This document shows, piece by piece, positions 29,757-40,298 of a stretch of DNA of 64,000 nucleotides. The notes beneath the pieces were generated by a model, which saw only the letters and a program-made list of their open reading frames with translations, was not told the DNA's origin and ran no database searches. The DNA is from Hoeflea sp. (GTDB lineage: Bacteria; Pseudomonadota; Alphaproteobacteria; Rhizobiales; Rhizobiaceae). The position numbers and the translations under genes were made by a program. The first letter of the stretch is position 1. Each line of letters starts with the position of its first letter. Where the stretch lies: NCBI RefSeq assembly GCF_048261205.1, contig NZ_JBLXGF010000004.1; one strand, given 5' to 3'.

Positions 29757-29983
29757 GCGGCAAGGAAGAGGCGAACATGGACACTGAAACCCGTCTGGTG
29801 CGGCTTGAGGAACTGGTGGCCCATCAGCAGGCGGCGATCGAGGACCTGTCCCGGCAATTGACCGAAGGCTGGAAACAGAACGAGAAATTGCGCACCGAGC
29901 TGGGACGGCTGACGGACCGGTTTCAGGATCTCGAAGACGGCGCAGACAGCCCGCCCGCCAATCAGCCGCCGCCGCACTGGTAG
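29753..29983 (+). CDS. slyX: SlyX family protein
   Basis: RLVRLEELVAHQQAAIEDLS and C-terminal NQPPPHW; alternative start at 29777. Confidence 0.88.
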   Translation: MSGKEEANMDTETRLVRLEELVAHQQAAIEDLSRQLTEGWKQNEKLRTELGRLTDRFQDLEDGADSPPANQPPPHW

Positions 29984-30011
29984 GCTGGTTCAGGCTTCCG
30001 GTTGAGCACGC

Positions 30012-30845
30012 TCAGCTATCGCCCGGTAGATAGCGGACGAAGGCAAACCGGCTGCCATCGGGCGACCAACAGGGCACATTGATGGTGCCCTGACCGCCAA
30101 ACAGCGCCAGCAGCGTGCGGACCGAGCCGTCTGCCGTATCGAGCAACCGCAGTTCCACATCACGATCGCGCGGGTGCCCCTCGGTTCCGGGCTGATAGCT
30201 GAGATAAAGCACCGACCTGCCATCGGGGGCGGGATGCGGAAACCAGTTGACCCGGTCGTCATCGGTCATCCGCTCAGGAGCGCCGCCAGCGACTGGCACC
30301 CGCCACAGATCCATGCTGCCACCGCGGTCGGAATTGAACCAGATCCAGGCGCCATCGGGCGAATAATCCGGACCGTCATAATGGCCACCGCCGCTGACAA
30401 GGTGCTGTTCGACACCCCCTTCCACGCCGATCGTGTAGATGCCGAACCCACCCTCGCGGCGGCCGACATAGGCGAGCGTGCTGCCGTCAGGCGACCAGCC
30501 GTGCCACCAAGACGGAACCTCGGCGGTGACACGGCGCGGAGTGCCGCCGGCACTTGGCAGAACCCAGATGCAGGATTGTCCGGTACCGGTGGAATTGCTG
30601 ATCACCAGCTGTCTGCCATCGGGCGAGATGCCGTGGTCATTGTTGCAATTGACCGCGTGGTCGGTGTCAATTGCAACAAGCTCCGGCATATCGAGCGGAA
30701 CCCGGAACATGCGGCCATCGCCGTTGACGATCAGGGATGCGTTGTCGGGCGTCCAGTTCGGCGCCTCGATGAGGCGCGGAGTCGCCAGGACCTCCTGCAC
30801 CTTTCCGGTGGCAAGCTCATAGATGCAAAGCTGGCTGCGCATCAT
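30012..30845 (-). CDS. TolB-like PD40 beta-propeller protein, no signal peptide
   Basis: Repeated WTPD/ISPD/WSPD/YSPD/PAPD/WSPD blades. Confidence 0.85.
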   Translation of the reverse strand: MMRSQLCIYELATGKVQEVLATPRLIEAPNWTPDNASLIVNGDGRMFRVPLDMPELVAIDTDHAVNCNNDHGISPDGRQLVISNSTGTGQSCIWVLPSAGGTPRRVTAEVPSWWHGWSPDGSTLAYVGRREGGFGIYTIGVEGGVEQHLVSGGGHYDGPDYSPDGAWIWFNSDRGGSMDLWRVPVAGGAPERMTDDDRVNWFPHPAPDGRSVLYLSYQPGTEGHPRDRDVELRLLDTADGSVRTLLALFGGQGTINVPCWSPDGSRFAFVRYLPGDS

Positions 30846-32458
30846 TGGTCCACCGGTATATAGGCGAAGCGGTCAAAGTCTGCGGTGATGGCACTGCCCG
30901 ACGTGTCGAAGGCAGCCATTCCGGCAAAGGCGCCGGTGAAGGAGGCATGCTCGCCGCGGCCGCCTTCATCGGAGATCACGCTGGCATCAAGTACCGAGCC
31001 GACCGGGCGCCAGTTGCCGCCGGCAAGCCTGCAGAAGAACTGCAGGTCCGCACCATCAACATTCATCGCCAGATCGACCGGGCCGTCTTTCGGCAAGGCG
31101 ACCGGCTTTTCCAGCGGGAACTCGAGCTTGCCATGCGGCCAGTCGCCGGGACAGCTCAGGATGGTCAGTGAACGGCCGACGTCTTCATGCCAGGTTACAG
31201 CCAGATAGTGGAACTTGTGGCGGTTGTAGTAATGCACCAGCCCGGCGGCCTGCTGAAAATTGCGCGGCGCGAAATTCAGGGTCGTTTCGGCGCGGAAGCT
31301 CAGATGTTCCTGCCGCCGGGCGACCAGCGCCTGTTCGAACCAGCTGCCGATGGATTCGCGCGCATGAAGCCGCAGGGCCGAACCGGTCATCGTGAAGATC
31401 CGCTCCGGGTAAGGCGTGCGGAGCCACTGGAAGTCGTCGGGCAAAGTGTCGCCGGTGAAATCGCAGATGACCGGTTGATCCGGTGTCTTTCGGCTCGCCG
31501 GACCGGGCGCTTCGACCTCGACGTCAGGAACCAGACCGCCCTGGGCCAGCCGCAGCCAGCCATCCTCGCCCCAGACGCATTTCTGGATCGCCGTCTCGCG
31601 GCCGAGCGGTGACCGGCGCATGCCGGGCAGGGGCCGGGAACATAGATGGGTATGATAGACCTCGCCGTCCGGGGTCTCGACCATCTGGCCGTGCCCGGCG
31701 CGCTGCAACACGGCGTCGGGTGCGTCCTTGGAGGTCATCAGGAAGGTGTCGGGGTGCAGTTCGTAAGGACCGGTCAGCTTGTGTGAGCGCGCCATGGTGA
31801 CGGCGTGATCATAACCGGTGCCGCCCTCGGCCACGGTTATGTAGTACCAGCCATCGCGTCTGAACAGATGCGCGCCTTCGACCAGCCCGTGATCGCTGCC
31901 GGCAAAAATATTGACCGGTTCGCCCACCAGCTTGCCGGCGCCGGCATCATATTCCTGCGCCAGGATGCCCGCAAAGGCCGGGTGCTTGGGGTTTCCGCCC
32001 ACCGAATCGGTGCGATGGTTCCAGACCATGTTGAGGAACCATTTGCGGCCGTCATCATCATGAAACAGCGAGGGATCGAAGCCGGAAGAGTTGACGTAGA
32101 CCGGATCGGACCAGGGACCGGTGATATCCGGCGCGGTGACGATGTAGTTGTGGGCATCCTTGAAATTGCCGTCGAGCCGTTTGACATCGGTGTAGACCAG
32201 CCAGAACAGCCCGTCGGCATAAGACAGGCACGGCGCCCAGATGCCACAGGAATCGGGATTTCCGCGCATGTCGAGCTGGCTGGCGCGGTTGAGCGGACGG
32301 CCGACCAGGCGCCAGTTGACCAGATCCGTCGAGTGATGGATCTGGACGCCCGGGTACCACTCGAAAGTCGAGGTGGCGATATAATAGTCCGGTCCTGCCC
32401 GGCAGATCGAAGGGTCAGGATTGAAGCCGGGCAGAATCGGATTAACGATCTGGCTCAT
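30842..32458 (-). CDS. Glycoside hydrolase family 43 (beta-xylosidase/arabinofuranosidase-like), cytoplasmic
   Basis: NPILPGFNPDPS, ATSTFEWYPG, WAPCL, GFDPSLF, EGAHL, AEGGT, RAGHG; C-terminal beta-sandwich. Confidence 0.92.
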   Translation of the reverse strand: MSQIVNPILPGFNPDPSICRAGPDYYIATSTFEWYPGVQIHHSTDLVNWRLVGRPLNRASQLDMRGNPDSCGIWAPCLSYADGLFWLVYTDVKRLDGNFKDAHNYIVTAPDITGPWSDPVYVNSSGFDPSLFHDDDGRKWFLNMVWNHRTDSVGGNPKHPAFAGILAQEYDAGAGKLVGEPVNIFAGSDHGLVEGAHLFRRDGWYYITVAEGGTGYDHAVTMARSHKLTGPYELHPDTFLMTSKDAPDAVLQRAGHGQMVETPDGEVYHTHLCSRPLPGMRRSPLGRETAIQKCVWGEDGWLRLAQGGLVPDVEVEAPGPASRKTPDQPVICDFTGDTLPDDFQWLRTPYPERIFTMTGSALRLHARESIGSWFEQALVARRQEHLSFRAETTLNFAPRNFQQAAGLVHYYNRHKFHYLAVTWHEDVGRSLTILSCPGDWPHGKLEFPLEKPVALPKDGPVDLAMNVDGADLQFFCRLAGGNWRPVGSVLDASVISDEGGRGEHASFTGAFAGMAAFDTSGSAITADFDRFAYIPVDQ

Positions 32459-32874
32459 GGCGCTGCCTCCTCATAGGCGGGCACCCCGGCAGGCACGGAA
32501 TCCCAAGCCTGGCGTGTCCGCGTGAACTGGGCCTTTTGGGGCGTGAACAAATGACTGTCGTCGAGACTGCCCGCATAGATCGTGACAAGATCCGGCGCGG
32601 CCTCCGGCGTTCCGAAGAGCAGGCTGTGGCACCTGGCGCAGAAGTTCCTGACCGCCATCCTGCCGCTACCGCCGATGCTTTTCGACGCAACCGCCGGACC
32701 ATTCACGGTGAAGCCGGACCTGGCCACGCCCATGATCGGGACGTGGCCGGTTCCGGATGCCTTCTGGCAATCCACGCAATAGCACAGCAGGCTGAACAGC
32801 ACCGGGCCGTTCGCCTGGTAACGGGTCTGCCCGCACAGGCAACCGCCCGTTATGCGTATTGCGGCGGCTGTCAC
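32455..32874 (-). CDS. GFA/CENP-V family zinc protein
   Basis: GGCLCG, CYCVDCQK and FCARCHS zinc motifs. Confidence 0.9.
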   Translation of the reverse strand: MTAAAIRITGGCLCGQTRYQANGPVLFSLLCYCVDCQKASGTGHVPIMGVARSGFTVNGPAVASKSIGGSGRMAVRNFCARCHSLLFGTPEAAPDLVTIYAGSLDDSHLFTPQKAQFTRTRQAWDSVPAGVPAYEEAAP

Positions 32875-33914
32875 TTCCTCTTCGGCCCCTTGCGCTCGGC
32901 GGATGCCGCCCAGAGGTTGATGTCGGCATCACGGGCATAGGTATCGATTTCGGCAAGCTCGGCTTCGGTGAAATCCTGATTGTCGAGCGCGCCGACGCAA
33001 TCGATGATCTGCTGCGGCTTGCTGGCGCCGATCAGGGCTGTCGTGACACGGCCGCCACGCAGCACCCAGGCAAGCGCCATCTGCGCCAGCGTCTGACCGC
33101 GGCGCTTGGCGATTTCGTTAAGCGACTTGATATTGCCCAGATTGCGCTCGTTCAGGAAACCGGCCTGAAGCGACTTTTCCTGGGCGGCGCGGCTGTCATC
33201 GGGAATGCCATTGAGGTATTTGCTGGTCAGCATGCCCTGGGCCAGCGGGGAGAAGACGATCGATCCGATGCCTTCCTCGTCGAGCGTGTCGAGCAGGCCA
33301 TCGTCCTCGACCCAGCGGTTGATCATCGAATAGCTCGGCTGATGGATGAGGCACGGGGTGCCGAGCTGCTTGAGGATTGCGGCGGCTTCCTTGGTGCGCT
33401 TTGAATTGTAGCTCGAGATGCCGGCATAGAGCGCCCGGCCGGAGCGGACGATATGATCCAGCGCCATCATGGTTTCTTCGAGCGGCGTGTCGGGATCAAA
33501 GCGGTGCGAATAGAAGATATCGACGTAATCGAGCCCCATGCGCTTGAGGCTCTGGTCGCAGCTCGAAACCAGATATTTGCGGCTGCCCCATTCGCCGTAG
33601 GGACCGGGCCACATGCCGTAGCCGGCCTTGGACGAGATCACCATCTCGTCACGCAGGCCATGAAAATCGGTCTTGAGGATTTCGCCGAACGCGGTTTCGG
33701 CCGAGCCGGGAGGCGGACCGTAATTATTGGCCAGATCGAAATGGGTGATGCCAAGGTCAAACGCTGTGCGGCACAGTTCGCGCTTGAGCTCGTGCGGCGT
33801 GTCACCACCGAAATTGTGCCACAGACCAAGCGAGATCGCCGGCAGTTTGAGCCCGGATCGGCCGGTGCGGCGATAGCTCATGGAATCGTAGCGGTCGGGT
33901 GAGGGTGTCCACAT
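32871..33914 (-). CDS. Aldo/keto reductase, L-glyceraldehyde-3-phosphate reductase (YghZ/Gpr) type
   Basis: GLKLPAISLGLWHNFG, HFDLANNYGPPPGSAE, YVDIFYSHRFDP. Confidence 0.92.
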   Translation of the reverse strand: MWTPSPDRYDSMSYRRTGRSGLKLPAISLGLWHNFGGDTPHELKRELCRTAFDLGITHFDLANNYGPPPGSAETAFGEILKTDFHGLRDEMVISSKAGYGMWPGPYGEWGSRKYLVSSCDQSLKRMGLDYVDIFYSHRFDPDTPLEETMMALDHIVRSGRALYAGISSYNSKRTKEAAAILKQLGTPCLIHQPSYSMINRWVEDDGLLDTLDEEGIGSIVFSPLAQGMLTSKYLNGIPDDSRAAQEKSLQAGFLNERNLGNIKSLNEIAKRRGQTLAQMALAWVLRGGRVTTALIGASKPQQIIDCVGALDNQDFTEAELAEIDTYARDADINLWAASAERKGPKRK

Positions 33915-33916
33915 AT

Positions 33917-35062
33917 TCAGATGTCTTTCTTGTTCAGCAGCGCCGCCGCTTCCTCGATACCAAGCGGGGCCGCCTGCTCGCAGCTTGTGGTCGGGCGAAT
34001 GAACGCACCGGTTTCTCCCGAACGGAGAATAGCCGTCATCACATCTACCACATGGAGCGCAAATTCAAGCGAGCAACGGTGAGGCCGGTTCTCGAGAATA
34101 GCCAGCGCCATATCGGCCAGGCCCGCCGTACGATAATTGGCCATCATGCCTTGTTTGTGCTCCTGGTTGGGCACACCGAGCGCATGATCCCATGAAGGAA
34201 GGTCGATGGCTTCACCGCCCTGGCCTATCAGTTCGACCGTGCCACCGAAGAAATTCGGATCCGGAACCACGAGGCTGGCTTCGGTGCCGTAGAGCTCCAT
34301 CGGGCGATGGCCATGGGCCTTCACATCCCAGCTGGCGCCAAGGGTGACGACCGCGCCATTGGCGAATTCCAGAACCGCATGCACCGTGGTGGGCGTCTCG
34401 ACCTTGATCAACTCACCATGGCGCGGTTCGGAGGTGATCTTGCGCTCCGGGCTGGGGATCGAGGACATCGCAGCCACCCGGACGACCGGGCCAATCAGCT
34501 GCACCAGATTGGAAATGTAATAGGGTCCGAGATCGAGGATCGGGCCACCGCCGGGCTTGAAGAAAAAGTCCGGATTGGGATGCCAGTGCTCCATGCCGGG
34601 GCTCAACACATGACAGGTTCCGCCAGTGATGCGGCCGGCAGCACCACCCTCAACCAGATGCCGGGCCAGCTGATGGGCGCCACCGAGAAATGTGTCGGGA
34701 GCGGAGCCTACGCGGAGCCCTTTTTTGGCGGCCCGCTCAGCGAGATCCCGGCCCTCTTCGACGGACAGTACGAAGGGTTTTTCCGAATAAACATGCTTGC
34801 CCGCATCGAGCACCTGGGCCGAGACCGCATAATGCACTGCCGGTACCGTGAGGTTGACGACCATATCAATGTCGTCGGCGGCCAACATGTCCTCAACGCT
34901 TTGGGCGCGGATGCCATATTCGGCCGCACGGGCCTTGGCGGCCTCGGCATTGATGTCGGCGCAGGCGCGAATCTCGACGCCCTTGAACAGAGGCGCCAGG
35001 CCCAGATAGGAGGTTGATATGTTGCCGCATCCGATGATGCCAACGCCGAGAAGTTTCGCCAT
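33917..35062 (-). CDS. Gfo/Idh/MocA family oxidoreductase
   Basis: GIIGCGNIS, HVYSEKP, GGPILDLGPY; start set at MAKLL. Confidence 0.9.
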   Translation of the reverse strand: MAKLLGVGIIGCGNISTSYLGLAPLFKGVEIRACADINAEAAKARAAEYGIRAQSVEDMLAADDIDMVVNLTVPAVHYAVSAQVLDAGKHVYSEKPFVLSVEEGRDLAERAAKKGLRVGSAPDTFLGGAHQLARHLVEGGAAGRITGGTCHVLSPGMEHWHPNPDFFFKPGGGPILDLGPYYISNLVQLIGPVVRVAAMSSIPSPERKITSEPRHGELIKVETPTTVHAVLEFANGAVVTLGASWDVKAHGHRPMELYGTEASLVVPDPNFFGGTVELIGQGGEAIDLPSWDHALGVPNQEHKQGMMANYRTAGLADMALAILENRPHRCSLEFALHVVDVMTAILRSGETGAFIRPTTSCEQAAPLGIEEAAALLNKKDI

Positions 35063-35067
35063 ATCCG

Positions 35068-35820
35068 TTACTCCACTGCGCCACGGCACCAGTCGAGGGA
35101 TCGCGATGCGAACCGGCCGGCGTCCGAGGGGTTGTCATGTTCCATGACGAACAGTGTCGCCGGGGTACTGGTCTTGAGTTGCCCGAACAGCCCTGCCCAG
35201 TCGACGGTGCCGTGGCCGACATCGGCCCAGCCGTCTTCATCGGCCGCTTCACCTTCAGGCGCGATGTCCTTGACATGGACAGCGGTGATCCTGCCGCCGT
35301 GACGGGCAATCCAGTCCGCCGCATCCGCGCCGCCGCGAATGACCCAGGCAATGTCGGCTTCCCATTCCAGCTCCGGGGCGCTTTCCAGAAGTATCTGCAT
35401 CGGGATTGATCCGTCAGCGAGCGGCACGAATTCGAAATCATGGTTGTGCCAGCCAAAGCCGTAGCCGGCGGCGCGGACTTTTTCGCCCACCGCGCTCAGG
35501 CGTGCGGCGAAGGCCTGCCACCCGGCCTTGTCGGATGGGCGCTGCTCGGCGGCGATATGCGGGCAGTAAATCTTGCTGACACCAAGGGTCGAGGCGGTTG
35601 CGAGGACTCCGTCAAGATCGCCCTCCAGCGCATCAATGGAAAAATGGCCCGATGGCATGGCCAGACCGTTCTGGTCCATCAGCTTCCGGAAAGCAGACGG
35701 GTCTTCATAGACACCGCCGAAACCTTCGACATTCTTGTAGCCGGCGGCAGCGAGCATCGCCAAGACATCAGACCAGGGCTTGAAATTGCGGGCGCTGTAA
35801 AGCTGAAATGAGAAATTCAT
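35068..35820 (-). CDS. Sugar phosphate isomerase/epimerase (xylose isomerase-like TIM barrel)
   Basis: SFQLYSAR, GWHNHDFEF, VHVKD, VMEHD. Confidence 0.88.
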   Translation of the reverse strand: MNFSFQLYSARNFKPWSDVLAMLAAAGYKNVEGFGGVYEDPSAFRKLMDQNGLAMPSGHFSIDALEGDLDGVLATASTLGVSKIYCPHIAAEQRPSDKAGWQAFAARLSAVGEKVRAAGYGFGWHNHDFEFVPLADGSIPMQILLESAPELEWEADIAWVIRGGADAADWIARHGGRITAVHVKDIAPEGEAADEDGWADVGHGTVDWAGLFGQLKTSTPATLFVMEHDNPSDAGRFASRSLDWCRGAVE

Positions 35821-35943
35821 CGGTTTGAACTTTCCTGATTTTGGAGTGGCTCGATTTCATTCGGTTCGCCGGTTTTCATGGCCATATCCATGGCAAACAG
35901 ACGGAAACAGTATGGTCTCACACTGGCGCGGCAGACCGGCTCT

Positions 35944-37026
35944 TCAAAGCCGCAATTCGCTTGCCGCATCGAAGATCGAGGCCTTGGCCGGATCGAACCC
36001 GATGCGAACTGTTTGACCGGATTGCAGCACGCTCTGCCCGTCCACCCGGAAGCGGAACTCCTTGCCGTCGAGCACGGCCCAGACAAGAGTGTCCGCGCCC
36101 ATCGGTTCGACAACCTCGATTTCCACCTCGATGCTGAAAGGTTCATCAGCCGCAGCATCGCCGCAGCTCACATGCTCGGGCCTGATCCCGAAGACGGCCT
36201 TGTTCGGCCGGTCGTCGCGGACGAACGGATATCGCGAGAGCGGGATCTGGGTGGAGGCGAAATTGAAACTGGATTCACCGGCGCCGGAAATTTCGCCTTC
36301 GATGAAGTTCATGCCCGGTGAGCCCATGAAGCCGGCGACATAGAGATTGACCGGCCGGTTGTAGATTTCGTGGGGCGTGTCGAGCTGTTGAATGATGCCG
36401 TTGCGCATGATGGCAATCCGGTCCGCCAGTGTCAGCGCCTCGATCTGGTCGTGGGTGACGTAAATCATGGTGTTCTTGAGCCGGTGGTGCAGACGCTTGA
36501 TTTCAACCCGCAACTCGGCGCGAAGCTTGGCGTCAAGGTTTGACAGGGGCTCGTCAAACAGGAAGACATCGACATCGCGCACCAGGGCACGGCCGATGGC
36601 GACACGCTGGCGCTGACCGCCGGAGAGCTGCGCCGGTTTGCGCTGCAGAAGCGGCTCTATCTGCAGCACTTCAGCGGCGCGGGCGATCCGCTTGGCGATT
36701 TCATCTTTCGGCATGCGGGCGTTTTTCAGACCGAACGAAAGATTGCCCTCGACCGACATCTGCGGATAGAGCGCATAGGACTGGAACACCATGCCGATGC
36801 CACGGTCCTTGGGTTCCTCCCAGGTGACATTCTTGTCCTTGATGAAGATCTGGCCTTCCGAGACATCGAGCAGGCCGGCGATGCAATTGAGCAAAGTGGA
36901 TTTGCCACACCCCGAAGGGCCCAACAGAACAAGAAACTCGCCATCCGCGATATCGAGATTGAGATTCTTGAGGACCTTCACCTCGCCGAAATTCAGGCAC
37001 AGATCTTTGATGGATACGCTGGTCAT
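35944..37026 (-). CDS. Carbohydrate ABC transporter ATP-binding protein (MalK-like)
   Basis: [43 protein letters not shown]. Confidence 0.95.
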   Translation of the reverse strand: MTSVSIKDLCLNFGEVKVLKNLNLDIADGEFLVLLGPSGCGKSTLLNCIAGLLDVSEGQIFIKDKNVTWEEPKDRGIGMVFQSYALYPQMSVEGNLSFGLKNARMPKDEIAKRIARAAEVLQIEPLLQRKPAQLSGGQRQRVAIGRALVRDVDVFLFDEPLSNLDAKLRAELRVEIKRLHHRLKNTMIYVTHDQIEALTLADRIAIMRNGIIQQLDTPHEIYNRPVNLYVAGFMGSPGMNFIEGEISGAGESSFNFASTQIPLSRYPFVRDDRPNKAVFGIRPEHVSCGDAAADEPFSIEVEIEVVEPMGADTLVWAVLDGKEFRFRVDGQSVLQSGQTVRIGFDPAKASIFDAASELRL

Positions 37027-37029
37027 GGG

Positions 37030-37965
37030 TCAGCCTTTCACCGCGCCGGCGGCAATGCCGCGGACAAACAGTTTGCCCGATATGAAATAGATGATCAGGG
37101 GAACAAGCCCGGTGAGAATGGTTGCAGCCATATTGACGTTGTATTCCTTCACGCCCTGCACCGAGTTGACGATGTTGTTGAGCTGCACCGTCATCGGGTA
37201 GAGGTCGGGTTTGGTGTAGATGACGCCGAACAGGAAATCGTTCCAGATTCCGGTGACCTGCAGAATGATGGCCACCACGAAGATGGGCAGGCTCATCGGC
37301 AGCATGATCTTGAAATAGATGCCCCAGAAGCCGGCGCCATCGACCCGCGCGGCCTTGAACAACTCTTCCGGTACCGAGGTGAAGTAGTTTCGGAACAGAA
37401 GTGTCAGGATCGGCATGCCGAAGACCGTGTGCACCAGCACCAGCCCGGTCAGCGACCCGTAGAGCCCCATCTCCCTTAACAGGATGACGATCGGATAGAT
37501 CATCACCTGGTAAGGGATGAAGGCGCCGAAGATCAGGATGGTGAAAAAGGTGTCGGCGCCCTTGAACCTCCAGTTGGCCAGCGCATAGCCGTTGACCGAG
37601 GCCACGGCGATCGACAGCGCCACCGAGGGCATAAGAATCCGCACCGAGTTCCAGAAGCCACGCGACAGACCTTCGCAGTTAAGACCGGTGCAGGCCGTCG
37701 CCCAGGCCTTGACCCAAGGCTCGAAGGTGATTTCCACCGGTGGCGAAAAGATGTTGCCCAGGCGGATCTCCGGCATGCCCTTGAGCGAGGTGACAATCAT
37801 CACATAGAGCGGCAACAGATAGTAGAGCGCGAAGACGATGAGGGTCCCGTAGAGAAAGATGTTGGCGCGGCTGATCGACCGGCGTGGTTTGCGACCGCGC
37901 GGTCCGGCTTCGAGCCGCGGGGAATCGGCCAGTTCGGGGCCGGCTGTAACAAGACGGTCAGCCAC
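37030..37965 (-). CDS. Carbohydrate ABC transporter permease
   Basis: EELFKAARVDGAG EAA loop, WNDFL; probable GTG start overlapping the upstream stop. Confidence 0.9.
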   Translation of the reverse strand: MADRLVTAGPELADSPRLEAGPRGRKPRRSISRANIFLYGTLIVFALYYLLPLYVMIVTSLKGMPEIRLGNIFSPPVEITFEPWVKAWATACTGLNCEGLSRGFWNSVRILMPSVALSIAVASVNGYALANWRFKGADTFFTILIFGAFIPYQVMIYPIVILLREMGLYGSLTGLVLVHTVFGMPILTLLFRNYFTSVPEELFKAARVDGAGFWGIYFKIMLPMSLPIFVVAIILQVTGIWNDFLFGVIYTKPDLYPMTVQLNNIVNSVQGVKEYNVNMAATILTGLVPLIIYFISGKLFVRGIAAGAVKG

Positions 37966-38851
37966 GCTTCTTTCCTCCGAATTCGAGATAGGCCCAGGGA
38001 ACCAGTACAATCAGCACGGTGAGCAGCATCATGGTCGAGCCGGCAAAGCCCTGGCCGAGATTCTGCGACAGGAACATGGCGTCATAGACATATTTGGCCG
38101 GCACTTCCGAGGCGATGCCGGGTCCGCCACCGGTCTGTGCGACGATCAGATCGTAGAGCTTGACGATGCCCGAGGCGATGATCACCAGCGTGGTGATGAA
38201 CACCGGGCGCATCATCGGGATAATGATCATCAGATAAGTCTTCCACATCGGAATGCCATCGACGCGCGCGGCCTTCCAGATGTCCTCGTCAATGCCGCGC
38301 AGGCCCGCCAGCATCAGGCACATCACCAGCCCGGTTCCCTGCCAAATCCCGGCGATCAGCACGCCGTAGATGACGATTTCGGCATTGTAGAGCGGATCGA
38401 AGGTAAAACTTTCCCAGCCGAGATTGCGCACAACCCTCTGAACGCCGAAATCGGGGTTGAGAATCCATTGCCAGACCAACCCGGTAACGATGAAGGACAG
38501 GGCGAAGGGATAAAGAAAGATAGTGCGAAAAGTGTTCTCGAAGCGGATCTTCTGGTCGAGCAACGCCGCCAGCAGGAAGCCTATCAGCAACGAGAATATC
38601 AACGAGAGGATGCCATAGATGAACAGGTTCTCGATGGAGATCAGCCACTTGTTCGAGTTCCAGAGCCGTTCGTACTGGTCGAGCCCGACGAATTTCTCCC
38701 GCGGCAACAGCTTGGAATTGGTGAACGAGTAGGTGATCGTCCACAAGGTTCCGCCAAGGAAGACGACGCAGGCTGTCAGGATCATCGGAACAGCCGCGAT
38801 TTTCGCGTTCATGTTCCGCAACAGTTGACTCGGTTTCCGGTCCGCCGTCAT
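37958..38851 (-). CDS. Carbohydrate ABC transporter permease
   Basis: LAGLRGIDEDIWKAARVDG EAA loop. Confidence 0.9.
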   Translation of the reverse strand: MTADRKPSQLLRNMNAKIAAVPMILTACVVFLGGTLWTITYSFTNSKLLPREKFVGLDQYERLWNSNKWLISIENLFIYGILSLIFSLLIGFLLAALLDQKIRFENTFRTIFLYPFALSFIVTGLVWQWILNPDFGVQRVVRNLGWESFTFDPLYNAEIVIYGVLIAGIWQGTGLVMCLMLAGLRGIDEDIWKAARVDGIPMWKTYLMIIIPMMRPVFITTLVIIASGIVKLYDLIVAQTGGGPGIASEVPAKYVYDAMFLSQNLGQGFAGSTMMLLTVLIVLVPWAYLEFGGKKRG

Positions 38852-38881
38852 GTCGCCTTACCCCAGATTGCTGGTTTCGAG

Positions 38882-38912
38882 CCCCGCCACCGGCTATCGG
38901 CCGGTGGCGGGG
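38882..38912. other. 13-bp perfect stem-loop after the binding-protein gene (mRNA stabiliser or terminator)
   Basis: CCCCGCCACCGGC-TATCG-GCCGGTGGCGGGG. Confidence 0.8.
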
Positions 38913-38932
38913 TCACTGCTTTGCTGTCAGGC

Positions 38933-40165
38933 TCAGTCGGCGCTGGCGACGATATCGGCGAAGCGCTTCTGGGCGTCCTCCGCAGTGATCGATGTCGTGT
39001 TGAAGAACTCGACGAACAGATCGTTGACCTGGGTCAGGGAGTCCGCGCTCATCAATTGGTCCGGCGCCTGGATGATGTTGCCCTTGTTGAGAATCTCAAG
39101 GCCTTTCTTCATGCAGTCGTTGGCCGCGTTGATATCGACATCGCCGCGCACCGGCAGCGAGCCCTTCTTGAGATTGAAGGCGACCTGGACCTCCGGCGAC
39201 AGCATCAAGCGGGCGAGTTCGCCCTGCGCGGCTGTCTTTTCCGCGTCGTCAAGGACAGGGAAATAGAACGCGTCGCCGCCGGTCTGGATCACTTCATTGA
39301 CACCCAGGCCCGGAAGGCAAGTGTAATCGGTGCCCGCAACCTGGCCGGCCACCGCGAATTCGCCCTGCGCCCAGTCGCCCATGATCTGGCCGCCAGCCTG
39401 ACCGGTGATCACCATATTGGTGGCCTGGTTCCAGTCCTGCACCTTGGATTCGGCCGACATGGAACGGGCCTGGTCAGCGGCGCGGAAGACCTTCGCAAGC
39501 TCGGGTCCGCCGGCAAGCTCGGCATCTTTCTCGCCAAAGATCTTGGTGTAGGCGTCGGGGCCGGCGAGCGCGACCAGCAGAACCTGGAAGGCAAGCGTGG
39601 TCTGCCAGGGCTGCTGGCCCATGGCGAGCGGGATTTTGCCCGCCTTTTCCAGTGCCGGGGCGGCGGCGGCAAACTCTTCCCAGTTGGTGGGAACGGCGAC
39701 ACCTGCGTCTTCAAAGGCCTTGTTGGACAGCCAGAGCCACTGCTGCGAGTGGATGTTGACCGGCACGCAGTAGATCTTGCCGTCGAGCGTGCAGCTGTCG
39801 AGCAGGCTCGACGGACGCACCTTTTCCCTCCAGCCCTCTTCCTCGGCGATGTTGGTGAGGTCGCGCATAAGGCCGGCTTCGACCAGTTCTTCGGCCTGAC
39901 GGCCATGGTTGAACTGGGTGGCGGCCATCGGGTCGCCGCCGGTGATGCGGCTGATCATAATCGGCCGCGCCGTGCCGCCGGAGCCGGCGATGGCGCCATC
40001 GACCCATTTGTTGCCGGTGGCATCGAAAGCCTTGGCGAATTCGGCGACGGCCGCGGCTTCGCCGCCGGATGTCCACCAGTGGGTGACTTCCAGGTCTGTT
40101 GCATTTACGGATGTCGAGAGTGCCAGAGCGGACGCGCCAGCCAGAAAAAGCTTGAATGTGTTCAT
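38933..40165 (-). CDS. Carbohydrate ABC transporter substrate-binding protein
   Basis: Signal peptide MNTFKLFLAGASALAL, THWWTSGGE, QIMGDWA. Confidence 0.92.
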   Translation of the reverse strand: MNTFKLFLAGASALALSTSVNATDLEVTHWWTSGGEAAAVAEFAKAFDATGNKWVDGAIAGSGGTARPIMISRITGGDPMAATQFNHGRQAEELVEAGLMRDLTNIAEEEGWREKVRPSSLLDSCTLDGKIYCVPVNIHSQQWLWLSNKAFEDAGVAVPTNWEEFAAAAPALEKAGKIPLAMGQQPWQTTLAFQVLLVALAGPDAYTKIFGEKDAELAGGPELAKVFRAADQARSMSAESKVQDWNQATNMVITGQAGGQIMGDWAQGEFAVAGQVAGTDYTCLPGLGVNEVIQTGGDAFYFPVLDDAEKTAAQGELARLMLSPEVQVAFNLKKGSLPVRGDVDINAANDCMKKGLEILNKGNIIQAPDQLMSADSLTQVNDLFVEFFNTTSITAEDAQKRFADIVASAD

Positions 40166-40249
40166 CGAGTTCCCTCCCAGGAATGTTCCTCCTCCCGGCC
40201 TCGCTGCTCTGCCGCAACGTTCCGGGCCCACCGGTGTCCTCACACCGTT

Positions 40250-40298
40250 TTCAATCGATTACATCGGCGATGAAAATGCTGCAGTGCAATCGATTACA
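40250..40298. promoter_or_regulatory. Two LacI-type operators
   Basis: TTCAATCGATTACA (40250-40263) and TGCAATCGATTACA (40285-40298), both near the palindrome TGTAATCGATTACA. Confidence 0.8.

Noticed and set aside
37859-40273. 804-aa plus-strand ORF and other long antisense ORFs (e.g. 1917-3257, 6644-7756, 22153-23400, 46183-47682, 50222-51664, 60178-61419)
   Set aside because: They are shadow frames of well-supported opposite-strand genes in GC-rich DNA and have no recognisable motifs.
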